Positions 24,501-36,344 of a DNA stretch of 64,000 nt are shown one piece after another (the first letter of the stretch is position 1; the number at the start of each line of letters is the position of its first letter). The translations under genes and the position numbers were made by a program. Source of the stretch: Bispira polyomma (Eukaryota). The DNA lies in the NCBI GenBank assembly GCA_965649765.1, contig OZ287758.1, positions 33,170,001-33,234,000 of the forward strand, in the 5' to 3' direction. Below the pieces are notes generated by a model, which did not search any database, was not told the DNA's origin, and saw only the letters and a list, made by a program, of their open reading frames with translations.

Positions 24501-27500
24501 TGCAAAAAATAGGTACTTTTTTGCTATCTCAGAAACTATTGGGATTTCGGCTTTTTCGTGATATAAGTTATTCATCTACTTTTTGATTTTATGTATGATG
24601 TAAAAATCTCACAGTTCTAAGTCCAGTACTCAATGAGTACGGAGTACTTCAAATGAGTTGTTTGCTCTATCTTGCTCTATCTTGCACTTTTATCAACTTT
24701 TCTTTTGAAGTACTTGTCATAGTTCAATGAAATTTAGCATGCACATTGCAAATACCAAAGCATAGATGTCCGTAAATTTTTAGATCAATCTGGTGATAAT
24801 TGACTGATTGACAGGGTCGATCAATCATACAAAATGGGGGAAAAAATGTGTTGATGGGTGCTTTTTTGAGCGTGTGAGGATTTTTTTTATTTTTAATTTT
24901 AGACCAGTACATGCAGCGCATAACTTTTAAAGAATAGCCTGAAGTTTTATTTATTTTTTACCCCATCTAAAAATATGGGATCGTTACTGAGATAAAACGA
25001 TTTCAATTTCAAAAATTTTCAAAATTGAGGTTTTTTTTTAAAGCGTCCATTATCTCAGAAACGGTGCTAGATAGAGCGATTTCGAGCTCATTTTTGACCC
25101 ACAGGGTTGTTTTTGCTTATATGTAAACTTTTGAAAAAATGTCCAATTTTGGCAGCCATCTTGAATTTCTGCGTCTTTTTTGAAAATGTCCGTTATCCGG
25201 AAAACGGTGCTAGATAGAGCGATTTCGAGCTCATTTTCGACCCTCAGGGTTGTTTTTGCTTATGAACTTTTGCTTATGAACTTTTGAAGTAATATTTGAT
25301 TTGGGCAACCATCTTGAATTTCTACGTCTTTTTCAAAAATGTCTGTTATCTCGGAAATGGTGCTATATAGAGCGATTTCGAGCTTAAATTTGACCAAAAG
25401 TGCTGATTCTGCTTATATGTCAACTTTTAAACAATATCAAACCTTGTACACTAAACAATTTCATTATTATTTTAACTTTAGGGATGCTTCGTTTTTGTTA
25501 TCAAAAACCGTTTTCTAGTTGAAATTTTTCAAACTTGTGTAATTGTATTTGAAACTTTCAGGCAGTAATTGTAATTAAAAATTTCTGAATCAGTTACACT
25601 CAAACTACATATACCTGTTTTCATGTCAGAAGTCTTTAGCCAAAACAACATTATAATAATTATAAACTTCAAATGACAAATTAATAGTTATACGACTGGT
25701 TAAATAGTATTAAATAATATAATTCTGATCATTTGTTTGATTTATACTGTACAAGAGAACTGTGTGTATTCTACACTATTATATATTATCACATCTTTGA
25801 ACAAATGATGCTGTCAAAACAAGAACTTTACTCTGATACTATTTCTTCCTTATATTAGACCATATATAGTCTTTTTATCCCCATCTGTCCCACAAATTTG
25901 TCTAGACAGTATCTCTGGAACTGTAAACTATAGCAATGCCTTTTATGTGTGGCGCAAGACCTTAATCAATATTATAAAGACTACAAGTTTGCATTGAACA
26001 CAAAAGCCGTCGTAGCGTAGTCGTACTTTATCTGGGACAATAAAGTATAGCTATGAAAAGGAAGTGACACTACAAAAATGCTGAATAGTAAGCTGAAAAA
26101 TATCTTATTATTTGCTTCAGAATACACTATTGCCAGTCTTAAGGATAGAAATAAAGTCCTCGAGCTTGTACTTTATCAGCGATTAGTCTTAAGGATGGCC
26201 TTGATTGGTCCATTATTCTGCCGGTAAAGGCGTACTTAAGTCTTGTCGCCAAATAAATAGGTGCTCACTCCTCACATACTTTATTCCTACAGTTTTACAA
26301 TGGTACAATTTATTTAAAAAATAAAAACACAATTTCAGCCAAAATTTCTAATATTGTATAAGATCCAGGGTCCAGTGCTGCATATAAAGGCTGTACAGAC
26401 GTACCAGAGTACAAGAATCACCAAGAGTGCCAGCCACGAACAGAGGACTGGGACGCAGAGGCCTGCAGACAGCCTAAAGTCTTTATATTGGGCGAGTCCT
26501 TTAAATATGATCCCAACATTGTCGGGTGAGTAATTCTATATGCAGGTAGATTTTCAACTTGGACCTATTGTTAAAATCTAAACCCTATGCTTTTTCCTAC
26601 TTTTGAAATTTAGCCATACCTTTTTCTTTGCAAAATTACCCTGACTTTTGTACATCTGTACTAAAATTATTCATAACAAGTTGGAAGAGTAGATTAAAAT
26701 TATTTATATTTGGGTAGAGCTGGGTTTGCTTTAACCTTCCATAAAGAAGTTGATGATTTATAAAACCAACAGACAACTGGTTATCAGCTAGTCATGAGAA
26801 AATCACAAAAATGCAAACAAAAATGAAAAAGAAGTTGTTTAAAAATCCTGTAATACATGTATGTTGAGTTTACACAATAATAATTGATAGAATAAATCGT
26901 AAAACTGTGCAGCACATATCAGTTCATGGCTCCAAAGTATAAAATTTAATTTAAATATTGAATTCGTTGTGTAAGCGGATGCAACATTTCTAAAAATAAT
27001 TTAAAATCAACAACTGGTCTTGACCAGTTTTAACCGGTTGTTGGTTTTAATCCAGAAACCAACCAACAACTAGCTAAACAGTCCTGTAATTATGATCCCA
27101 GTCAGTAATTACCGGTTCCGCTCTCGGAAGCGCCCAGGGGCGAAAACGACAAAAATTCAAAGAAGTTGGGGTGGGCGTTTGCTAGAATGGGCTGTTACGC
27201 GAACTCGTTTTTCGTTCGATCCGTATAAACACTATAAAATGACATAAAGTACATAAAATCACCTATTTTATCTGTGAAATAGAAACATTAACAAATCCAT
27301 ACAATTCCTTGTGAAAAACAGCCCCATTTTATTGTTTTTATCTCCAACTGTGTACTGAAAATTACAGGTGCTCGTGTTCCGAGGTGAAAAAACGTCATCA
27401 TTCGTAATGTACACAGTGTGCGAAATTCACTGTGGCCCGGGGCCACCACTTTAAGGGAAGGGCCACTTCCTTTCAAATTCTGGTGGCCCGTTTGGCCACC

Positions 27501-30500
27501 TTGCTTTCGGGGCTTCGATTTTTTTTTGCTACACACGCTAACAATATAATTTGGGTACCAGACTGTTCCATTTTTCTTCGGCACGCATGCGCTGACAAAA
27601 CTTTACCGTGAATTTTTTTATTTTTTGAAAAGCAAGGATATGGATGAGAACTCCTCTTATTGTTAAATAAAATAAAGATTTTATATATTTGTAAGTAGTT
27701 TTGTATGTGATATTTATACTTTCTTATTAAAAGCGAATTTTACGCATATTTTACTAACTTCATCTATTATCGCCCAGTGCTCTCACCGCTAACCGACTAC
27801 CCTCGTCTTTGCTAGTGCTTTAATTTTTGAATTTTTACCCCATCTTGTAGCCCTTTCTTTGGGCTTAAATAACTGGACTTGCTTTAATTTTAAATTTCGA
27901 ACTCAGTCCAAATTCAGTGTTTTACAGTCAACTCGACTCCTCTTACCCCCTCATTCGAAATAAATAAGAGGGGCTAATAAATTTTCGGCCCATCTTGTGG
28001 CCCTCTCTTTGGGGTTGAATAAGTGGGCTTGCTTTAATTTTAAATTTCGAATTCAGTGCAAACTTAGTGTTTCACAGTCAACTTGACCCCTCTGGCCCCC
28101 TCATTCAAAATAAATATATAAATAAATAAATTTTCGGTCCATCTTGATTTTTGTGGCCTTCTCTTTTGGGTTAAATAACTGGGCTTGCTTTGATTTAAAT
28201 TTCAATTCAGTGCAAATTTAGTCTCACAGTCAACTCGACTTCTCTGGCCCCCTTACTTGAAATAAAAATAAATAAATATATTTTCGCCCCATCTTGTGGC
28301 GTCTTTTTGGGGATAAATAATTGGGCTTGCTTATTTTTTAAATTTTGAATTTAGTGCAAATTCAGTGTTTCAGAGTCAACTTGACCCCTCTGGCCCCCTC
28401 ATTCAAACTAAATATACAATGTATATAAATAAATAAATATATTTTCGGCCCATCCCGTGGCCCTCACTTTGAGGTTAAATGACTGGGCTTGCAAAATTAT
28501 TAAATTTCAAATTCAGTGTTTCACATTCAACTCGACTTCTCTTGCCAAGGGGCTGAAAAATCTTTAGCCGATTTTTTTTTTAAATTACACAATATATATT
28601 TTATTATGCATTAAAAATTTTAGGTCGTATTCTAAAAAACGAATACGACCGTATTAATTTTTCATTACCAAGTATTGGGCCACCTGATTCTAATCCGGGC
28701 CACCAAGCTATAAAATCTGGTGGCCCGAAGGGCCACCACACTTTTTCCGCGAATATCACACACTGAGTGTACACAGGAAGCGCAAATGATGGCTGTTTAT
28801 ATGACCAAGTTACCTTAAACTGGTATGTTTTACAAAGTTTTGTATATACATGTACAAACATCGATTTTTATAGTTTCTTTATGGTATTTGTTGTTATATG
28901 AAACTTTTTTTGCAAAATTAATTGGCTGTTTTCCGTAAATTTTGAAAAGTTGGGGATGAGCGTTTACGCAAACATGGGCGAGATGGAGAGCGGAACCGGT
29001 AGGTAATACGCCGTACATTCCACACTAGCCTTGCTGAAGTTTCAAGTTAGTCAGAAATTTGAATTCAGATTAAAAAGAAGCTAGTGTCAAGCTAGACACT
29101 ACCTTTAACTTGTGACTCTGGTTTCGGTCCCCCATTTCCGTCATAACTCTTGTCAACGTGTTTGTCGGCGCCCATACACAGTGACTTGCTTTCTGGTGGG
29201 TTTCTTCTGATGTGGCTGCCAAGCAATTCAACTCTGTTCTTGTTTTGACTGTACAAGTACAGCAAGCCTGCACTACTCTGATTGTTAAATGCCACTCTGA
29301 GGTAACTGAACACATTGAAACTTGAGTATGACAGTGCAGCAGCATCTTTAAAGTTATGTGACCCGTCACTGGGAATACGACCCACTGATAGATGGCCACC
29401 GTTTTATAATTCCTCTAACAAAAGAAAGAAGCTTCAATATGGCCATAAACATTAGTGGGTAAAACATTTATATGTGACAAGATCGATATCAAAAGACAAA
29501 ATTACATCAAAAATTGGCTGTTATCAGGACATACCAAGAAACACTGAAAATGAAAAAATCTGCTCGAATAGAAAGTGCAAACTGCTAAATTTTTCCAAGT
29601 AAGTGCGTTTCTTGAATTGGTTGTCAAATAAAGGCTATTAACTTAAAAGTACAAATTCAAAGTGTTATCTAAGCTGGAATAGTATCAGTTACGACATCGA
29701 TGTGTTTGTGTTGCACATCGAAATCTGTACTCCAAGAGAGCACAATATTAAATATTGACGACATTGATGAACAATTTACCTTCTTTAACCTGCGACTGGT
29801 GATGTGACCCAATAACTGGGGACTGCCATCTTGTGTGGTCACCTTTGAGTCCCTATATATGTGACTGCTTAGAGTACACTCTTCCAAACTGCAAATTTCC
29901 TCGGTGTGTTCTGTAGTGCCTCTTTTTCAACTCTTTTGAGGCTTCTGACATGTTCAGATAATAGAGATACGGTATATTTGTATTTCTAGCCCAGAGGATT
30001 ACATCAGTACCACACTCGGTTCTGAGAGGGATGCTGAAACAGTCACACTGCTAAGACAACAGTATGCAAAGTAAGAATATTTGTTTACCCAGGGTTCAGT
30101 AAAACCCGGCTTTTATGAGTATTGCCTAGCCCAGTGGGAATACCCGGGTTTTACTGGGTAATGCTGGGCAAAACATATATGCAAAACAAAAATATGTGTG
30201 CTAATGAACTTGAGGACTTTACTGTGCAAGTTATTGTTGTGGTCCCTACACTGATAACAAATTATTTACTCATAAAAAAACACTTTATTCATAAAATATG
30301 TTCTCTAGCTTTAGAATAATTATTCAGAATAAAGCTAAAGAACATATTTTAAGAATAAAATAAATTTATGCAATTTGATATGTATGCTTTAAAGAATTGT
30401 CTAGGTCGTACAATGAAGACTTACAAACTGACACACACATACACAAACAAAATAGGCATTTTCAAAAAAAACAATTGTTTACAAAAGCTTTTTCCTGGTT

Positions 30501-33010
30501 CTAGGCTGTTCGGTCATATTAATTGCAATTTACTTGTCACACAAAAAACCATATCCCATATCTGTCGTACATCAAATCTTGCACTAAATTGAGCTGAGTG
30601 GCTAATCATTTCTGTCACAGGATACGTTTTACTTGTCACTGCGCCATTTGTTATGATAATTTTACACTTGTGCTCTATATAAAGGGAGAAAGTTTTAACT
30701 CTTTATTAGTTTCCATAAATTGCTTTTGGGAGTATTGCCCAGTATTGCCCAGAATGGGCTAACCCGGGTTTCCCGGGTGGGTAATACCTGGGCGGGTTTG
30801 TCATCTCAACTCTTTTTACTCTCAATTTACCAGATCCCTTGTATCCAATAAAACTGCTATATGGTTTCTAATTCAGCGTCCCTTGAAAAGGGCGCTTATT
30901 TGGTTTCACCCCTGGTTTCCTCGCTGCCGCCGCCGCCGCATGGTCTTCCTTGAATATCTCCTTCAATATTATCTGCATCAAAATTATTTTTGGCAGTTCT
31001 CTTAACCAGGAGTGGGAAATTTTTTTGGATATTCTTGGCTTTGAACTTTGGCCTACTTAAATGTCGGGTGACCCTGGGGGTGTAAAAGTGCTTGTCACTA
31101 GGTTTTCTCAGAAAGTATTCATCATAGCTCAATGAAATTTGGTATGTACCTTGGTAAGGCAATTTTCAGGACGGGAGACGCTGATGAGATTAATCGGATG
31201 ATAATTGACCGATTGATTTTTATTGAAATGCGAAAAATCGGTACTTTTTTGCTATCTCAGAAACTATTGGGATTTCGGCTTTTTCTTGGTATAAGTTATT
31301 CATCTACTTTTTGATTTTATGTATGATGTAAAAATCTCACAGTTCTAAGTCCAGTACTCAATGAGTACGGAGTACTTCAAATGAGTAGTTTGCTCTATTT
31401 TGCTCTATCTTGCACTTTTATCAACTTTTCTTTTGAAGTACTTGTCATAGTTCAATGAAATTTAGCATGCACATTGCAAATACCAAAGCATAGATGTCCG
31501 TAAATTTTTAGATCAATCTGGTGATAATTGACTGATTGACAGGGGTCGATCAATCATACAAAATGGGAAAAAAATGTGTTGATGAGTGCTTTTTTGAGCG
31601 TGTGAGGATTTTTTTTATTTTTAATTTTAGACCAGTACAAAAAATTTTCAAAATTAAGGTTTTTTTTTAAAGCGTCCATTATCTCAGAAACGGTGCTAGA
31701 TAGAGCGATTTCGAGCTCATTTTCGACCCACAGGGTTGATTTTGCTTATATGTAAACTTTCACGAAATTTTCAATTTTGACGGCCATCTTGAATTTCTGT
31801 TTCTTTTTCGAAAATGTCTGTTATCTCGGAAACAGTGCTAGATAGAGCGATTTTGAGCTCATTTTCGACCCACAGGGTTGATTTTGCTTATATGCAAACT
31901 TTCAAAAAAAATTTTAATTTTGGCGGCCATTTCGAATTTCTGCGTCTTTTTCGAAAATGTTCAATATCTCGGAAACGGTGCTAGATAGAGCGATTTCGAG
32001 CTCATTTTCGACCCGCAGGGTTGATTTTGCTTATATGCAAACTTTCAAAAAATTTTTTAATTTTGGCGGCCATTTCGAATTTCTGCGTCTTTTTTGAAAA
32101 TGTCCGTTATCTCGGAAACGGTGCTGGATAGAGCGATTTCGAGCTCATTTTCGACTCACAGGGTTGATTTTGCTTATATGTAAACTTTTGAAAAAATTTT
32201 CAATTTTGGCGGCCATCTTGAATTTCTGCACCTTTTTCGAAAATGTCCGTTATCTCGGAAACGGTGCTAGATAGAGCGATTTCGAGCTCATTTTCGACCC
32301 ACAGGGTTGATTTTGCTTATATGCAAACTTTCAAAAAAAAATTTAATTTTGGCGGCCATCTTGAATTTCAACCCTCAGGGTTGTTTTTGCTTATATTTCT
32401 ACTTTTAAAAAAAGTTCGATTTTGTTGGCCATCTTGAATTTCTGCGTCTTTGTCGAAAATGTCCTTTATCTCGGAAATGGTGCTAGATAGAGCGATTTTG
32501 AGCTCATTTTCGACCCTCAGGGTTGTTTTTGCTTGTATTTATACTTTTAAGAAAAGTTTGATTTTGGTGGCCATCTTGAATTTCTGCGTCTTTTTAGAAA
32601 ACGTCTGTTATCTCGGAAATGGTGCTCCTTTTCGAGCTTATATTGACCAAAAGTGCTGATTCCGCTTGTATGTCAACTTTTAAACAATATCAAACCTTGT
32701 ACACTAAAACAATTTCATTATTATTTCAACTTTAGGGAAGCTTCGTTTTTGTTATGAAAAACCGTTTTCTAGTTAGTGATAGGACATACAAGTAAGCAAG
32801 CCTTCAGAAAAATGGCCATTTACAGTATTTTTATAGGAGACAGAGTCTACAAACTATTTAAAATAGCACCTTCTATTTTGGCTTTCAGGTACTATAAAGT
32901 TTAATGTAATTTCTAACATTTGTAGGAATATGTTGGAGAATGACACTGGAACAAGCTGGACTAGACTTCCCAGTGTTCTGCCAAAGGTTTTGGACAAACC
33001 AGCAAAGTAG
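21483..33010 (+). CDS. GTSF1: Gametocyte-specific factor 1 / Asterix homolog (two CHHC U11-48K zinc fingers), spliced, ~186 aa
   Basis: Exons 21483-21584, 22687-22816, 26363(or 26369)-26525, 29990-30070, 32926-33010; all GT-AG with matching phases (0,1,2,2), 561 nt total. Protein: MSEVDGEDLFRCPYDSTHMVRLKRMPYHLMLCRK-NFPNSGLISCPFNALHEVPKAELRYHISMCGDK...TEDWDAE...YDPN...KPAK*. The last two exons are less certain than the first three. Confidence 0.9.
21885..22090 (+). mobile_element. Old tRNA-derived SINE remnant in a GTSF1 intron
   Basis: ggtgagtggtgacacgcttg...ggattcaaatctt A/B-box-like head. Confidence 0.5.
22299..22633. mobile_element. Small MITE-like element with imperfect ~20-bp inverted ends
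   Basis: ggaaccagccgatcgaaaata versus tattttcgtcggctgcttacc; tandem atcgaaaataggcaca x2; no clear TSD. Confidence 0.5.
22687..22816 (+). CDS. GTSF1: GTSF1 coding exon 2 (CHHC finger 2)
   Basis: CPFNALH...ELRYHISMC; acceptor ttcactgtag, donor gtagga. Confidence 0.93.
23111..24104 (+). mobile_element. HINE-like element with ~4 x 146-bp tandem repeat
   Basis: Unit cttattattggtcctagaggtttg...aaacttaaaagtgc at ~23474, 23620, 23752, 23894; 3' hairpin then ctagtt; same repeat family as 55775-56700. Confidence 0.75.
24133..25520 (+). mobile_element. HINE-like element, twin copy A (~2.5 x ~145-bp repeats)
   Basis: 5' hairpin, (GCC)n, 3' ctagtt; near-identical to 30872-32774. Confidence 0.82.
26363..26525 (+). 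CDS. GTSF1: GTSF1 coding exon 3 (acidic Trp-containing region)
   Basis: YKGCTDVPEY...TEDWDAE...YDPNIV; donor gtgagt; phase-compatible with both neighbours. Confidence 0.85.
27112..28999. mobile_element. Non-autonomous TIR element with TA TSD, hosting a nested hAT-like MITE
   Basis: ta|ccggttccgctctc ... gagagcggaaccgg|ta. Confidence 0.75.
27414..28765. mobile_element. hAT-like MITE with ~5 x 150-bp internal tandem repeat
   Basis: TIR cagtgtgcgaaattc / gaatatcacacactg; 8-bp TSD aatgtaca / agtgtaca; ggtggccc subterminal motifs; unit anchors ~27838, 27988, 28138, 28287, 28448. Confidence 0.82.
29990..30070 (+). CDS. GTSF1: GTSF1 coding exon 4
   Basis: tatttctag acceptor, 81 nt open (PEDYISTTLGSERDAETVTLLRQQYA), donor gtaaga. 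Confidence 0.75.
30090..30814. mobile_element. hAT-like MITE remnant
   Basis: cagggtt start; tacccgg/ctgggta/ttgcccag subterminal motifs at both ends; degenerate right end. Confidence 0.55.
30872..32774 (+). mobile_element. HINE-like element, twin copy B (~7 x 143-bp repeats)
   Basis: Near-identical to 24133-25520; unit anchors 31681, 31823, 31966, 32109, 32252, 32468, 32610. Confidence 0.85.
32926..33010 (+). CDS. GTSF1: GTSF1 probable terminal coding exon
   Basis: Branch point ctaac and tttgtag acceptor; NMLENDTGTSWTRLPSVLPKVLDKPAK* in the correct phase. Confidence 0.7.
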
Positions 33011-33160
33011 TTCAAATTTTTACACTGGGTCTGAACTCATGAAGTAATTCCAAAAACTCAAACTCAACTATAATTCATGGGCTGTATATCTGTGTTTGCA
33101 ATAAGCATAGATACAATCTGAAAGAATATTTGAACTCTAATATTTCTATGGTGATATGTT

Positions 33161-33340
33161 CAGTCAAACTCCCTTTACGGGCAACTCTTGTCAAATTCCC
33201 TTTTGATGAAGAGAGAAATTTGTAGTTCCCACAAAGACCCTTTTCATTTTAAATTTTACTGTGTTTCCAAGTAGATAATTCTGCTTAGGCAGAATTAATT
33301 TTCCAGATCCCTTGAGGTTTGACTTAGAGGGGTTTAACTG
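33161..33340. mobile_element. Tc1/pogo-like MITE remnant
   Basis: cagtcaaactccct ... gaggggtttaactg inverted ends. Confidence 0.55.
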
Positions 33341-33351
33341 CCAAGTTTTAA

Positions 33352-34641
33352 TTGAGCGTCCCGTAAGGGCGCTTGTTTGTATATAGGAGATAAATTTACA
33401 CATTTTCGGTCATACGACTAATTTGATTGGTCGAAATGTAATGACACTATATTGAAAATTTGCCCAAGGTCTACTGGATACATGTGCCAAATTTGAAGAC
33501 AATCCATCCAGTGGTTGCTTTAAAATTTTGAATATAGTGTCATCACATTTCGACCAATCAGAGAAGTCACATGACCCAAAACACATTTTTTAAAGGCGTG
33601 TGCTTGTCCGGATGATAACTTAAAAAGCGCCTTACCTATTCTCATGAAATTTGACAAGTAGGTTTCTTATATAGATGTCCGGAAGTAGATAAGTTTGGGA
33701 TGTGATCCGATACAAAATAGCCGACTTATTGACGATTAATTAAACGTTACGATTTTTCGAAACAAAGAAAATGAATAATCCTTAATATCTTGGAAACGGT
33801 GCGAGATAGAGCGATTTCGGCTGAATTTTGGGCCTGCAGGGCATACTGAGTATTCTCAAAACCCCACAACTTGCTTTAAAATTTAAATTTTAAAAATTAA
33901 ATTTTTTTAAAAAGTGAAAATTTTTAAAAAAATTAAAAAAAGTCAAAACTTTTGAAAAATCAATAATCTCAACAAAGAAAATGAAAAATCCTCAATATCT
34001 CAGAAACGGTGCGGTGGCTAAATTTTGGGCCCAGAGGGTATACTCAGTCAAAACTTTGAATTTTTTTAAAAAATTTAAAAATTGAAATTTTTTTTAAAAA
34101 ATTTAATAAATTTTCAAAGTCAAAATTTTGGAAAAATCCTTAATCATAACAAAGAAAATGAAAAATCCTTAATATCTCGGAAACAGTGCGAGATAGAATG
34201 ATTTTGGCTAAATTTTGGGTCCAGAGGGTATACACACTATTCTCAAAACTCTGCAACTTGCCCCAAAAAATTCAAATTATTTTAAAAATTCAAAAATTAA
34301 ATTTTTTTAAAAAAATTCAAAAAGTCAAAATTTTCAAAACTTTGCATAAGTCCTCAATCTCAACAAAGAAAACGAAAAATCCTTAATATCTCGGAAACAG
34401 TTTGAGATAGAGTGATTTCGGCTGAATTTTTTTTTAATTTTTTAAAAAATCGCTCTCTCCCCATTTTTGTCCACCAACTTGAATTTCTGCGTTTATCTCA
34501 GAAACGGTGCCAGGTAGAGCAATATCGGCAGAATTTTGTGCTCTGAGGGTATATGCAGAAAATTGCTTAATTTTTAATTGGGACCTTTATTTTTGCTTTA
34601 CAAAAACAATTTCCTTTCATTTGCAAAGCAGTACTCTAGTT
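33352..34641 (+). mobile_element. HINE-like element with ~180-215-bp repeats
   Basis: 5' hairpin gagcgtcccgtaagggcgctt, repeated atctcggaaacggtgcgagatagagcgatttcg core, 3' ctagtt. Confidence 0.75.
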
Positions 34642-35024
34642 TGAGTTGACTTCCACAATCCAGGTCCAGAAGTAAAATATGAAAACTGTTGCAGCAAGGC
34701 TGGACAATGTTATCTCGAAACCAAACCACTGGATATAAGGACAGGACGGTCTTCAAAGTCGCAGGAGTTAAAACTTGTATTTAACTCTCACAGTGCTTAC
34801 TGGAACTTCTGTAAGCAGCTGTCAAAACTATGTTTACTCATGAAAACATCCGATAGAACTGTTAACATTAGTGTTGTTAACGGAATACCAATAAAGAAGT
34901 TTTCGTTTCGCTATACCCAAAACGGACAACATACGGTTCAAATTTAATGATACCGGTTTTTGTGAGAAACTCCCATTTTTGCAGTAAAATATCCAATTTG
35001 CCGTAATTTAGTCATATTTTACCA

Positions 35025-35805
35025 TTTTGTTATGTCCACCCCAGTGGGGGGTAGACATATTATTATTATTTTTGCTTTTTCCGGCGTCCACCGTCCGTCA
35101 CGTTTGGTTTCCGGTCATTTCAAGGAAAAGTATTTATTCTATGGTTACCAAATTTGGTATGGGTGTTTATTGGGTTAATAGCTTGCATGGGATTGCTTTT
35201 GGTGAAGATAGCTCCATAGCTAACTGAGTAATAGCTACTTACTTACTTTTATGTACTTCTTTTGTTTCCGGGCATTTTAAGGAAAAATATTTGACATATC
35301 TTCACCAAATTTGGTATGACCAATAGTTAGGTCAATAGCTTGCTTGGGATTGCTTTTAGTGATAATAGCTATATAACTGACTCAGCAATAGCTACTTTTA
35401 GTAGTAATAGCTACATAGCACAAAACATAAATATGTCTCCTAAACCGTGCAAGATAGAGCAATTTCGTCGAAATTTTTGACCCTCAGGGTATCTAAGCAA
35501 TGTACTCTTGGCAATTTTGAAAAAAAAATTTACTCTCCCCAAAAATGGCGGCCATTTTGAATTTTCGAATTTTTGCCCAAACTAGAAAAACACAAATTTG
35601 CTTCTATCTCCTGAACCGTGTGAGATAGAGCGATTTCGTTGAAATTTTCGACCCACAGGATATCTAAGAAATGTACTCTTGGCAATTTTAAAAAAGTTTT
35701 CCTCTGCCCCAAAATGGCGGCCATTTTGATTTTTCGAATTTTTGCCCAAACTGGAAAAACACAAATTTGCTTCTATCTCCTTAACCGTGCGAGATAGAGC
35801 AATTT
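35025..35805 (+). mobile_element. HINE-like element with ~170-bp repeats (3' end unclear)
   Basis: 5' hairpin tatgtccacccc...gggggtagacata, ccgt microsatellite, units at ~35443, 35614, 35783. Confidence 0.7.
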
Positions 35806-36344
35806 GTTATTACTCTCACACACTGCCCATCAATTGATTTCTTCTGAGCTTTCAAAGAATTCACGCACAGATTATACAACGAAACAATAGCTTTTTCTTG
35901 ATCTCGCCTGAGTAGACACACCACATACACCCTTCCTTTGGTGTAAATAAAAAATTAGGAAACTTGTGCACCCTTCTTTTGATACAAATAAAATAACATG
36001 AAATTTATGCACTATTCCTTTGATTTAAATAAATAAACTTATGAAACTTGTACATAAACCTGAAAAAAATGGACCTTAATCAATTGTAAATGTAGTTTAT
36101 CATAACCTTACATCAGATTTTTATAAATAATAGTTAAATTATCTGTTGTGAAGAAATTTTGCAAAATTGATGGCCAATTTTCCCACCCATCACTTTAGCT
36201 GATGGCCAATTTTCCTGATAGGATTTTTTGCTGATGGGATTCACTTGATGGACATTTTTCCTGATGGGCTTTTTTCAGGAATCTGTTACATGGTGTACAC
36301 TACTAGGCAGTGCTTGTGTAAATGTGTTATGTACCATTTAGTTA

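Noticed and set aside
29070-29399. Two overlapping minus-strand ORFs in a GTSF1 intron
   Set aside because: No recognisable motifs or exon support
34664-34950. Possible extra GTSF1 3' exon after a ccag acceptor
   Set aside because: The previous exon already ends in an in-frame stop and no strong donor is evident; needs RNA-seq
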